DNA from: Patescibacteria group bacterium
GTDB taxonomy: Bacteria; Patescibacteriota; Patescibacteriia; Patescibacteriales; UBA12465
Reading direction: 5' to 3'
Length of the DNA: 62,707 nucleotides
Assembly (NCBI GenBank): GCA_028681575.1
Contig: JAQUHX010000001.1
Coordinates: 1 to 62,707 of the forward strand
A program made the translations under genes and the position numbers. Below the pieces are notes generated by a model. The model was not told the origin of the DNA. It was given only the letters and a program-made list of their open reading frames with translations, and ran no database searches. Positions 1 through 10,003 of the stretch are shown here, in pieces (the stretch's first letter is position 1; the number at the start of each line of letters is the position of its first letter).

Positions 1-1082
1 CGCTCATTAAAGAGAACACAACCACTGTCTACATTAACAATTCCATTGCAAGATTTTAAATCTATTTGCCCTTTTAATTGATAGTTAATTATTGCCTCCC
101 TAAGATATATAGAAGAACCTAGATTGGTCCGATAAATTCGAACTTTTACCGGAGCGCCCGTGCTTAAGAGGTTTTGCGTATAAAAGAGAGCTTGATTATT
201 AGAAACTATTATCTCCTTATTCGGCGCACTCAAAAAATTACTAGAATCAAGGAGCCGCAACTCGGTTTCTTCCTCGTTCTCAGTAATTAAAACTACACGT
301 AAACCAGCAACATTTCCATTAGTTGTAATGGTATAAAGGCGATTTGATTTTAAGCTTAACTCTTGATAATAACCACCACCCGAACTCCAACCATCGGCAG
401 TATTTCCATTAATACTACTGCCAGCTGGATTATAAAGGAGGTTGCTGGCATGATCACTAATTGGATCAATATATTCAGTACAACCAGAAGACTCAGCCGA
501 ACACAAACCAACCATATTTCGCGGCGACGGTACTAAATTACCACTAAGCCCAAGTGTTCGTCCATAATCAACTAAACATTCATAATCATTTTCATCAACT
601 ATACATTGAGAACTGCCACAATCTTGATTTGAAACACAAATAACGCCAACATTTTCGCCTTGATCTATCTTCCCATCGCCATTAGAATCACAACGCTTAA
701 CTGGGGTTTGCAACCATTTACCATCACGATAGAAGCAAGTATTGGTTCCCGGGTTCTTGAAATAGCTAGTCGCCCCATTTTCATAAGCCCAGGCATCACA
801 ACCAACTTCATTAGTTTGGCAAAGGGGGCTGCTCACTTGATCCTTATAAGAATCAGGCAGCAAGCGGCGGAAAACTTCAGTCCAACTAGAGACACCAAGC
901 TGATTTTGAATAAGCCCTAAACGAGTACAGCCAGTCGCCGCCTGATTACATTGTTTAGCAGAATCAAAGACAGCATAAATAGCTTGATGACTGGGAACAA
1001 CAAGACAACCAGGAGAACCCGGCGTACAAGTAGAAACCCAACTATCATCCTTTACTTGCTGATTATAAGTAAAGCCAAAAAA
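1..1082 (-). CDS. Continuation of the giant protein: 360 codons open to the window edge, 3' partial, no start codon of its own
   Basis: The same frame as the 4994 ATG is open from 1082 down to position 3; all codons were checked. It contains 16 more Cys codons, another C-x4-VGC copy (LCQTNEVGCDAW, 798..818) and a Ca-loop-like CDSNGDGKIDQGE (654..692). No ATG/GTG/TTG lies near its 5' end, so it is not an independent gene. Confidence 0.6.
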
Positions 1083-1201
1083 ATTAGAATTATTATAAGT
1101 TTGCACTAGAAGCTCACAACCAACCGCAGAGTCTTGACAAAGTTCACTAAATTGCCGTAGGTAATGAAAAGCTCCAGACCGATCAGAGTACTGTGAACAG
1201 C
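1055..1201 (-). other. Frame-disrupted junction inside the giant gene; about 20 codons readable only in the +1 frame
   Basis: The frame with codon low coordinates of 2 mod 3 is open over 1055..1201. It encodes FCQDSAVGCELLVQTYNNSNF, a canonical copy of the repeat (Cys codons at 1136..1138 and 1115..1117). The main frame has stops here at 1113, 1092, 1089 and 1083. Coding-strand T4 lies at 1138..1141 and T6 at 1077..1082, where the frame must change. Confidence 0.6.
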
Positions 1202-4200
1202 CTAAATTATAATTAGGACCCCGATAAACATCGTTAATATCATAAGAACAAACATCGGGAATAAGACTTGACCCTTTAATTAAATAATAACGATCAGAAA
1301 CCTCACTAACTACCAAATTATCAAAGAGCACGCCTCCTGTGGTCTCGACCTGAAGGCGCTCTGAATCGGGCCGATGATTAAGGGAATCTAAATTTAATTC
1401 ATAAGCCTGCCAACCGCCACTTAATTTGAGCTCACCACTTGTATTAGTTGGGGTAACTCCAAAAACTGAAGTCTCCCCGTCTGTGTTTATAAAGGAAAAG
1501 GTAAGGCTTGCATTAGCAGTTAAAGGCTTGGCTAAAAACTTCAAAGTATAAGCGGCTCCTTCTGTCGCATAAGAATCAGCGCTAGCATAGGCCGTGCCGC
1601 TAACTGATAAAGACTGCCCCTCTTCAAAGATTGAATCATTATTAGAAGTGCCGCCATTGAACCTAGTTACATTCTCAAAATCATAAGTCTCTAGTACCCG
1701 CGAAGCATTCCCCTTCTTGCCATTATATTCACGGCAACCAACACTATTTACTCCACACAGCTTGCCCTCCTGAGGAATCGCTTTATAAACACAAGCTTTT
1801 TGTTGCCCATCCCAAAGTCCACCATTTTTACAAACCTGGCAAGCCTTAGAAAAGTCATCCCAACTTCGATTGGCACCGACGCACTCAGCTTCCTTTAAAG
1901 TAGAATCATAATTTTTAGTATTTAGGCGATAAGAGTTACAATTTTCTGAACAAGTCACTGTTTCTGAAATAAGATGATAAGTAATCCGCCCCTCTTTACT
2001 ATAAAATTCTCGGCAATCAGGGTTATATCGAGGATCAGAGACCGGCAAATTATAAATTTCCTTATTACATTTAGTGGCTGATTCGGGATTAATTATATAA
2101 GGACGGCCATCAGGATTCTGCCGCAGTGAAAGAACAAGAAGCTGAGAATTATTCCAAGAATAAAAATCACCACAAGAAGCTTCTTGCGGTTTAACGCACT
2201 GTTTAAGTTCCGAGTAATATTCAACTCCTTCGCCCCCTTGTTCCACTTTATCTAAATTAGTAAAACTCGCACACCCAGCATCGGAAGCAGCACAAGTGCT
2301 AGTGTTATCAGGAATAATATTGTCAGCACTCGCTGAAAAAAGGTTCGATTCTTTAGCGATATAAACATCATAACCAACACACTGCGAATCGCAATAATCA
2401 AGCTCGTTAGCCTTAGCAGCTACTTTAAAGTTATCGTCTGTTGCCGAATAAAACTCACAACCAACCTCTTCAGGACTGCACTTACGTGCATAATCAAAAC
2501 AGACTGACGGAGCATCGTCTTTGTAAGAGAAATTGCCGCTAGCCGGGGAGGTGTAACAAATAGATTCTAAATAATCAGGCAGGAATTTTTGATAGACCGG
2601 GTACTTGCCGTAATAACTAAAAGCCGTATCCTGGCCATTAGGGGTTAACTTTAAATTACGAACTAAAAATTTAACATCAGAACCATAACCCACTAGGTAG
2701 AAGTTAAGAGATGCTGTTGTTTCTAAAGCCAGTGATAAATGAGACCACTCAGAACTACTTGTTTCTGCTTGTTTGACTGGAGAGCCAAAAGACAAAACTA
2801 CCTTATTGCCAGAAACTATTTTTACGTCAGCTGAAAGTGTATAAGACCAACCTTTTATCGCGATCATGTTTTTAGGCAAAACACTATTTATCTCATCTGA
2901 ATAAAGCATCGCCCCGTCACCACCGCTAACCGCTAAAGCTTTGCCATTATCATTTACAATCTCTCCAGAGACATTCGCGCCCTTAAGTGGCCAATTCCAA
3001 TTATTAATATTATTAGTATCGCCCACTTGATTTAAAGCTAAACCGCCATCCATTACGTAATTAACTTCTGTCCAGCCGGGCTTGCCGCGTAAAAATTGAG
3101 TACACCCCTCATCATTAGCCTCACAAGCAGGGGCACGATTATTCAAAAATAGAGACACTTGAGTGTTCCAGGTAAAAGAGCCATTGCTAGGATTATAAGT
3201 CCCCTGGGGGTAGTATTGACGGCAACCAACATTATTAACATCACAAGTACTATAATCTAAAGTATTTTCTAAGAAAGAAAAAGATTTATTATCGGTAGTA
3301 TTGCTAAAAGTTTGGCAAGTATTAAAAACGGGTTGGCAGGTATCAGTATTAAAACGCCAAGTCCGTCTTTCTTCATTGCAATAACCATAAAGTTCACAAG
3401 AGCCATCCGCCTTCTCTTTAATGCAAGTTTGACTATCAGCACAATAATCAGTTGCCCGAGAAATTATTAATGACGACTCTCCTTCAACTTCTGGACTGAC
3501 ATAACTACTAATAATCTGACTCCCAACTCCCTCTTTGCCGCAATAGTTAAGAGGGGCTTTTAGAACCCAATCTGGATCAACCTTTCCTTGACACCAAGAA
3601 ATATCGCGCTGATTGAAGTCAGAAGAAAACTGAGAATAGTTATCAGAAGAATCAAAACAAGAAATTAAATCTTGAAAAGTCGCTTTAATATTTTCTTGAG
3701 CAACGTAATTAAAGGCCTCTTCCCAAGAAACTGGAACAATACGATATTTTCGTAAAATAGAAACACTGCGAGTATTGTAAGCGCTTTCAGATTTAGGGTC
3801 GCCGCTGATTTGCCAGTCGCCATGAAGATATTCCTGCTCTAAAGCCTGGCCAACAGTTAACTTATCGGCAATCGCTTGAGAAAATTTATCATCGATAACG
3901 CAGTTGTTTGGCCCTGGATTATCCAAATCCGGACAAGCAACTAATTCTCCTAAAATACTGTAATCACCACGAATATCAAAACGAGGCTTAACAACACTGG
4001 CCAACTTTTCGCTGACAATCGTTTCTCCATACTGAACTAGTGATTCAAAGCCACTGTTTTTTAAATCATCAAAACGAGTAGCGTCTAAAGGCTGGCTGGT
4101 ACTCTTGCCCTTATTAATTTCTCGCATTACTCTTTGAAAAGACTCATAAGCTAATTGGTTCAAAAAAATATTGGCGGCGTCAACAATGGCGTCACCTGAA

Positions 4201-4994
4201 TCTTTAAGCAGCAACTGAAGTTGAGTTTCTTTGGCGTTTTCTAAATCTTCTTTAGATTGACCCGGGGTGCCTTTCAGTTTACCAGCAATATCTCTTACAT
4301 CAAGCCAACCCTGAGTAATTATATTTTTATCTTTCTCGTCTTCCTCGGCCTTAGTACTTGTCTCTTTGACGCGACCAAAAAGCTCCTTTGCAACCGAGAT
4401 TTCACCACCACCCGGATCAAAAGAAGCTTTAATTCCCTTTAAATAATCACCGCTCTCCATCGCTGCTAATTTCTCATAAGCCGAACTGTAGTTGTTAACC
4501 AGATTGCTTAAAGTACAATCTGGTTTACTTGGATAAAGGGTTTGCACTAAACCTAAACCTATCTTGGCTTGGATATTAGGAGAAGGAGGTTGACAAAGAT
4601 CCGCTTGCCAAGCTTCGCCTAGCCCATCAATAAAATCACCAGCAGCAGCATCGCCAATATTTTTCCAATATTCACTAAAATCTTCAACGACATAAGTAGG
4701 CTTTTGCCCCTCGCCAGCACTAGCGACATACTTCGCCGTATCAATTGCAATCCGATTCAAACTATTACGCAGCGTTGTGCTAACTAAATTTGACCCAAAA
4801 GTCTTCCAAATTTTAGCCAATTTTTCTTTAATGGTAAGATTAGCTTCGCTTAAAATCGCTGGAATAGAAGAAACTTCCGCTGTTGGAATAACCGCTTGCG
4901 CTGGTTGCAGATTTAAATTAAATATCAAAAAAGCCGACAAAAGCAGTAAAAGCAAAGGGCCGGCTTTAAACTTTAAAAACGATGGGTTTTTCAT
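1113..4994 (-). CDS. Giant exported cysteine-repeat surface protein, N-terminal 1293 codons up to an in-frame TGA; absent from the supplied ORF track
   Basis: Minus-strand ATG at 4994..4992 gives MKNPSFLKFKAGPLLLLLLSAFLIFNLNLQPAQA/VIPTAE, a signal peptide with an AxA site. I checked every codon (low coordinate divisible by 3) from 4992 down to 1116 and found no stop. First stop is TGA at 1113..1115. By hand count there are 39 Cys codons, 37 of them after about codon 360. Recurring motif C-x4-VGC (3222..3245, 2457..2480, 1734..1757) alternates with Cys-free blocks that read like beta-sandwich modules. Confidence 0.85.
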
Positions 4995-5036
4995 ATTATC
5001 TAAATAAATTGCCTAGTTACCTAAAATAAAAAACTT

Positions 5037-5714
5037 TTAAAAAATCTCAGCGCTATTATCAACAGTTTCCTCATTCAAGTCCTGGTTAAGCGGAAGTGAT
5101 AATTCTGGAAACTGAGCTGCTAAAATATCTTTATACATCACCATTAAATCTTCATCACTAAGAAGGTCGACTTGAGTAACATCTGCTCCGCCCTGAAGTA
5201 AAATTTGACGCATCGTTTGAGCATCACCCTCGCCAGACAAGGCTAAAATTAACAACTCTTCATCAATAAAACTGGCCGGAGAGGCGCTGGGAATTTCCAT
5301 ATCATCAATAACGATTTCCTCAGGATTAGCAGCTAATAAGCCGCAATTTGATCCTTCGGCACACAAAGGATCAGTACCACTCCTCACTTCATCAAAATCG
5401 GATATTCCATCACCATCAGTATCTGTTAAATAAGGTGAAGTTTTATAGACATTTATTTCATCCCGATCAATCAGCCCGTCACCATCGGTATCTTTACTTT
5501 TTTCTAATAAGGCCGCCGCTTCTCTTTCCCTAGCTGCCTGTTCGGCCGCCGCCACCTCCGCTTTATCTGGCTTAAAAGGACCACTTAAACGAGAGTTAAA
5601 TTGCCAAATCCAAACTCCCAAAATAACAAGCGCTAAAAAAGACAAACCAAAAACCGCATTTTTTCGACGACGCGGCAAAGAAGAAAGAGGATTCGAAGAA
5701 GGGATTTCAGCCAT
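5037..5714 (-). CDS. Membrane-anchored protein with two thrombospondin-type-3-like calcium-binding repeats
   Basis: N-terminal basic tail plus a TM helix (AVFGLSFLALVILGVWIW). Two DxDxDGxxDxxE motifs: DTDGDGLIDRDE and DTDGDGISDFDE. Stop is 43 nt upstream of the giant gene ATG on the same strand. Confidence 0.6.
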   Translation of the reverse strand: MAEIPSSNPLSSLPRRRKNAVFGLSFLALVILGVWIWQFNSRLSGPFKPDKAEVAAAEQAAREREAAALLEKSKDTDGDGLIDRDEINVYKTSPYLTDTDGDGISDFDEVRSGTDPLCAEGSNCGLLAANPEEIVIDDMEIPSASPASFIDEELLILALSGEGDAQTMRQILLQGGADVTQVDLLSDEDLMVMYKDILAAQFPELSLPLNQDLNEETVDNSAEIF

Positions 5715-5741
5715 AATTTATTATTAGTATTTATTTTTTGA

Positions 5742-6584
5742 TTATAACACAAAAGAACGCGCCGTCGCAAACAATTTTTGCCAATCATCAAGGCTTAAAT
5801 CTTCTGCCCTAACTTGCGAAGTCAAATTAGCAGCCGCTAATAACTCAGCTGCCAATTTTAAATCAATGCCTAAACCAGCTGCTAAATTATTTTTAAGCAT
5901 TTTTCTTTTTGCACTAAAACCAACTCGAGCTAAGCGAAAAAAGGCTTTTTTTTCAGAATCATTATAAACATCACTTCGATGAGAATGGAGTTTAAGCCTA
6001 ACCAGAGCGCTATCAACTTTTGGCTCCGGCCAAAAATTACCAGCTTTAACCAAACGAACAATTTCTGGCTGACTATAAAATTGCACCGATAAGGCCAAAA
6101 GATTCATTTTTCCAGGCCTAGCAAGCAAGCGCTCAGCAACTTCTTTCTGTAAAAGCAAAACCATTCTCTCTGGAGCATTCTTTTGTTCCAAAAAAGTTCT
6201 TAAAAAAATTGAACTAATGTTATAAGGTAAATTAGCCACAATTTTATAGGCGGCTGGCAAATCGCCAGGATTAAAACGTAAAATATCCTGATTAAGCAAG
6301 GTGACATTTTCTACTGCCTGCGAATCAAGCGCAACTCGCAAAAAAGCGGATATTTTATCATCAAGCTCAACTGTAATTACTTGACCCGCATCTTTCGCTA
6401 AACGAGCGGTTAAAAAACCAAGCCCCGGACCAACCTCTAAAACTGTATCTTTTTTATCTAGCTCTGCCGCCGCAATAATATCATCATAAACGCTCTCAGT
6501 AATTAAAAAATTTTGCCCCTTAGATCGACTAGGGTGCAAATCATAAATCCGGCATAGTTCTTTCATCCTCTGAGCTAAAGTCAT
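5742..6584 (-). CDS. rsmA: 16S rRNA (adenine1518/1519-N6)-dimethyltransferase
   Basis: GQNFL motif, SAM-binding VLEVGPGLGFLT, and NLPYNISS, typical of KsgA/RsmA. Confidence 0.9.
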   Translation of the reverse strand: MTLAQRMKELCRIYDLHPSRSKGQNFLITESVYDDIIAAAELDKKDTVLEVGPGLGFLTARLAKDAGQVITVELDDKISAFLRVALDSQAVENVTLLNQDILRFNPGDLPAAYKIVANLPYNISSIFLRTFLEQKNAPERMVLLLQKEVAERLLARPGKMNLLALSVQFYSQPEIVRLVKAGNFWPEPKVDSALVRLKLHSHRSDVYNDSEKKAFFRLARVGFSAKRKMLKNNLAAGLGIDLKLAAELLAAANLTSQVRAEDLSLDDWQKLFATARSFVL

Positions 6585-6586
6585 GC

Positions 6587-9040
6587 TTAACGAGTTACTA
6601 AATTAAGTAATTTTTCGGGGATATAAATTTGACGAACTATCTCTACTCCCTCTAGCCATTTAGAAACAACTGGGTCAGCTTTTGCTAAAACCAAAGCAGA
6701 CTCCTGGTCTAAACCGATAGGCGCCTGAAGAGAGGCACGTAATTTACCATTAATCTGAACAGCTAAAATAAAGGTTTCTACCTTAACCAACTCAGGCTGA
6801 TATTCTGGCCAAGGGCTTAAAGCGAGGAAACTACTATAACCTAAACGCTCCCAGAGTTCTTCGGCTAAATGAGGGGCAAATGGTTCTAAGAGGCGTAAAA
6901 ATTTTCCTAAATTTTCATTAGCCAAAGGCCATTCTCCCTTCTTGTTTTTAGCTTCATATAAATAATTAACAAAAATCATTAGAGCAGAAATGGCGGTATT
7001 AAATTTAAAGTTGTTAATATCGGCGCTTACTTTTTTTATCGTTTGTTGCAAGAAGGAAACTGCCTCTTCGTCGTCAGACCGCGGAGATTCATCAAAAATT
7101 CTTTCAACTCGATCTAAAAATCTGGAAACCCCGCTAATTCCTTGGCTGTTCCAGGGTTTCATCTCTTCTAAAGGGCCCATAAACATCTCATACAAACGTA
7201 AAGCGTCAGCCCCGCTTAAGTTAGTTAAGCTATCAGGATTAACAACATTACCCTTAGATTTGCTCATTTTGTTCCCATCCTCGCCTAAGATAATTCCTTG
7301 ATGACGGAGGCGTAAAAATGGCTCATCAAAATCAAGGTAACCATATTTTCTTAAGACTTTGGTAAAGAAGCGCGCATATAATAAATGTAAAACTGTATGT
7401 TCAGCACCACCAAAATATAAATCAACCGGTAACCACTCTTTAAGTTTTGAGGGGTCAGCAAAAACAGTTTTATTCTGGGGGTCAGCATAACGCAAGAAAT
7501 ACCAAGAAGAACAAACAAAAGTATCCATCGTATCACTTTCTCGCCGGGCCGAAGCCCCGCAAAGTGGACAAGTTACTTGATGGAAAGAGGAAGAATTTTT
7601 AAGTGGAGACTCACCAGTAGGGCGGAAATCAACATCTTCAGGCAAAAGAACTGGCAAATCTTTTTTTGGAACCGGCACCGCCCCACAATCATCACAATAA
7701 ATAATTGGTATTGGCGCCCCCCAATAACGCTGACGAGAAACTAACCAATCACGCAAACGATAATTTACTTGCTCCCCACCCTGACGAGTACGCTCTAGAA
7801 AATCAACCATTCGCTGACGAGCCAATAATGAAGTAAGTCCAGTATATTCACCAGAATCAAGCAATAAACCATCAGCCGTAAAAACCCCTTCGTCAAAATC
7901 TAACCCCGTTTCTGGCTGAATAACTGTTTTAATTGGTAATTGGTATTTTTGCGCAAAAGCATAATCTCTTTCATCATGGGCTGGTACAGCCATCACCGCC
8001 CCGCTGCCATAATTTGCCAAAACATAATCAGCGATAAAAACAGGAATTTTCTGATGATTAAAAGGATTAATAGCACTCACGCCACGAATCGGAACACCGG
8101 TTTTATCTTTATTTAAATCCGTGCGTTCAAGTTCGGTTTTTTTAGAAACCTGTTTCAAATAATCTTTAACTGCCGTTGAATTTTCGGCCTGCCCTAATAA
8201 ATCTTCAACTAAGGGGTGTTCTGGGGCTAGAACCAAATATGTGCAACCAAAAATCGTATCTAGTCGAGTAGTAAAAACTTCAACCGAGAATTCACTCTGG
8301 TCAGAAGTTAATAAAGTAAAGTTTACCTTTGCCCCTGAAGAACGGCCAATCCAATGTCTCTGTCCAGCCTTAGTGGATTCTGGCCAATCTAAAGAATCTA
8401 GACCAGACAAAAGTCCGGAAATTTTTCGCCCCTCATATTCTTGATCTTCAATAAAATCAGTAATCTTAAAAAACCACTGTTCCAGATCTTTTTGAATCAC
8501 CGCCGTTCCGCAGCGCTCACAAATACCGCCCTCAGCTTGTTCACGAGCTAAAACTGTCTGACAATTAGAACACCAATTAACTTTGGCTTTTTTTTTGTAA
8601 GCTAAACCATTTTTATACATCAACAAAAAAAACCATTGCGTAAACTTATAATAATCCGGCTCGCTTGTGACAACAGAGTGGCTCCAATCATAAGAAATCC
8701 CTAAACTATCAATTTGCTTGGTAAAAATAGCGATAGCGGTTTTTATTGTTTCGGTAGGGTGGGTGCCGGTCTTAATAGCATAATTTTCAGCTGGTAGGCC
8801 AAAAGCATCAAACCCTTGAGGGTGTAAAACGCGATAACCACACCCCCGAGAGAAACGGGAGTAAATATCAGTAGCCGTATAAGACTCAACATGGCCAACA
8901 TGTAACCCACTTCCTGAAGGATAAGGAAACATATCCAAAATATAACGCTTAGGACGATTATCAGTTTTAGGCGTTTTAAAAACTTCAGCTTGCCGCCATT
9001 TTTCCTGCCACTTAGCTTCAATTTTTTGAAAATTATACAT
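6587..9040 (-). CDS. leuS: Leucyl-tRNA synthetase
   Basis: Class I HIGH-type motif (PYPSGSGLHVGHV), KMSKS motif, zinc-type CxxC pairs, 817 aa. Confidence 0.95.
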   Translation of the reverse strand: MYNFQKIEAKWQEKWRQAEVFKTPKTDNRPKRYILDMFPYPSGSGLHVGHVESYTATDIYSRFSRGCGYRVLHPQGFDAFGLPAENYAIKTGTHPTETIKTAIAIFTKQIDSLGISYDWSHSVVTSEPDYYKFTQWFFLLMYKNGLAYKKKAKVNWCSNCQTVLAREQAEGGICERCGTAVIQKDLEQWFFKITDFIEDQEYEGRKISGLLSGLDSLDWPESTKAGQRHWIGRSSGAKVNFTLLTSDQSEFSVEVFTTRLDTIFGCTYLVLAPEHPLVEDLLGQAENSTAVKDYLKQVSKKTELERTDLNKDKTGVPIRGVSAINPFNHQKIPVFIADYVLANYGSGAVMAVPAHDERDYAFAQKYQLPIKTVIQPETGLDFDEGVFTADGLLLDSGEYTGLTSLLARQRMVDFLERTRQGGEQVNYRLRDWLVSRQRYWGAPIPIIYCDDCGAVPVPKKDLPVLLPEDVDFRPTGESPLKNSSSFHQVTCPLCGASARRESDTMDTFVCSSWYFLRYADPQNKTVFADPSKLKEWLPVDLYFGGAEHTVLHLLYARFFTKVLRKYGYLDFDEPFLRLRHQGIILGEDGNKMSKSKGNVVNPDSLTNLSGADALRLYEMFMGPLEEMKPWNSQGISGVSRFLDRVERIFDESPRSDDEEAVSFLQQTIKKVSADINNFKFNTAISALMIFVNYLYEAKNKKGEWPLANENLGKFLRLLEPFAPHLAEELWERLGYSSFLALSPWPEYQPELVKVETFILAVQINGKLRASLQAPIGLDQESALVLAKADPVVSKWLEGVEIVRQIYIPEKLLNLVTR

Positions 9041-9142
9041 AAAAACAAATTAAAAAAGAAAAAAGAAGTTTTTCTTGATTATTTTTAAATTTTAGAGGAA
9101 AAATAAGCAAAAAGCAAGATTTTTTTGCACCTAAAACACCTG

Positions 9143-9172
9143 AAAAAAATAAAAACTGGCAACGCTAGTTTT
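9143..9172 (-). terminator. Intrinsic terminator downstream of xth
   Basis: 9-bp stem 9152..9160 / 9064-type partner at 9164..9172 with a 3-nt loop, followed on the minus strand by a T-run (plus-strand A-run 9143..9149). Confidence 0.5.
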
Positions 9173-9176
9173 AAAC

Positions 9177-9938
9177 TTAAAGCTCTAAAAGAATCGGGCA
9201 ATGATCAGAGCCTTCCACTTGATCCAAAATCGCCGCCTTTTTAACTTGAGCTTGAAAACTTCTAGAAACACAGAAATAATCAATCCGCCAACCAACATTA
9301 CGAGCACGTGCATAAGCCCGATAGCTCCACCAAGTATACTGAACCCGGTCACCATTTAAGGCACGATAAGTATCAACGAAACCGGATTTTAAAAACTTAT
9401 CCAACCAAGCCCTTTCTTCATGGGTGAAACCGGGACTGCCAACATTTTCTTTGGGACGAGCCAAGTCAATTTCCTGGTGAGCAACATTATAATCTCCCGT
9501 TAAAATAACCGGCTTCTTAAGTTCTAACTTTTTTATTTTTTTCTCCAAAGCCTCGTTAAACGCCAACTTATAATCTAGGCGAGACAATTCACCATTAGCA
9601 TTAGGGAAATAACAATTGATCAAGTAGAAGTCGGGAAATTCTAAAATTTGAGTCCGGCCCTCATCGTCAAACTCCGCTAAACCTAAAGTGTCTAGATTTA
9701 AGGGTTGATCTAAATTTTCACGAATCAAAGTAGCAGTCCCACTGTAACCCGGACGAAGAGCGCAATTCCAATATTCCCGATAACCGGGAAAATCAAAAGC
9801 AGCCTCATCTTTAGCGGCATCAGAAATTTTTACTTCTTGTATACAAATAATTTCTGGACGTTCGGCTTCTAAAAATTCCAAAAATCCTTTTTTCAAAACA
9901 GCCCGCACCCCATTAACGTTCCAAGAGATAATTTTCAT
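9177..9938 (-). CDS. xth: Exodeoxyribonuclease III (AP endonuclease, EEP fold)
   Basis: MKIISWNVNG...ICIQE N-terminus, C-terminal SDHCP motif, 253 aa. Confidence 0.9.
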   Translation of the reverse strand: MKIISWNVNGVRAVLKKGFLEFLEAERPEIICIQEVKISDAAKDEAAFDFPGYREYWNCALRPGYSGTATLIRENLDQPLNLDTLGLAEFDDEGRTQILEFPDFYLINCYFPNANGELSRLDYKLAFNEALEKKIKKLELKKPVILTGDYNVAHQEIDLARPKENVGSPGFTHEERAWLDKFLKSGFVDTYRALNGDRVQYTWWSYRAYARARNVGWRIDYFCVSRSFQAQVKKAAILDQVEGSDHCPILLEL

Positions 9939-9960
9939 GCTTTAATTTTTCATTAAATTA

Positions 9961-9968
9961 TGTATAAT
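9961..9968 (+). promoter_or_regulatory. Extended -10 element (TGTATAAT) for the dsbA-like/por operon
   Basis: TGnTATAAT match 36 nt upstream of the ATG at 10004, in the divergent xth/dsbA-like spacer. A second TATAAT lies at 9974..9979. Confidence 0.4.
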
Positions 9969-10003
9969 GAAAGTATAATTTAAAAAGAGCAAAGAGACAA
10001 TTT

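Noticed and set aside
1113-1115. Possibility that the TGA ending the giant ORF is recoded (UGA = Gly/Trp, as in some candidate phyla)
   Set aside because: TAA stops follow within 10 codons in the same frame (1092, 1089, 1083). TGA also clearly terminates ordinary genes here, for example trmD at 52926..52928 and porB at 14680..14682. All long housekeeping ORFs close with standard stops.
660-5007. Plus-strand ORFs 660..920, 4257..4442 and 4777..5007 from the ORF track
   Set aside because: All three lie antisense to the continuous minus-strand coding region of the giant gene. Their translations are low-complexity and they have no coupling to neighbouring genes. They are shadow ORFs.
9041-9176. 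T-box or other leader upstream of leuS
   Set aside because: The spacer is only 136 nt and almost pure A/T. It is largely taken up by the xth terminator, and no specifier-loop or T-box sequence is visible.
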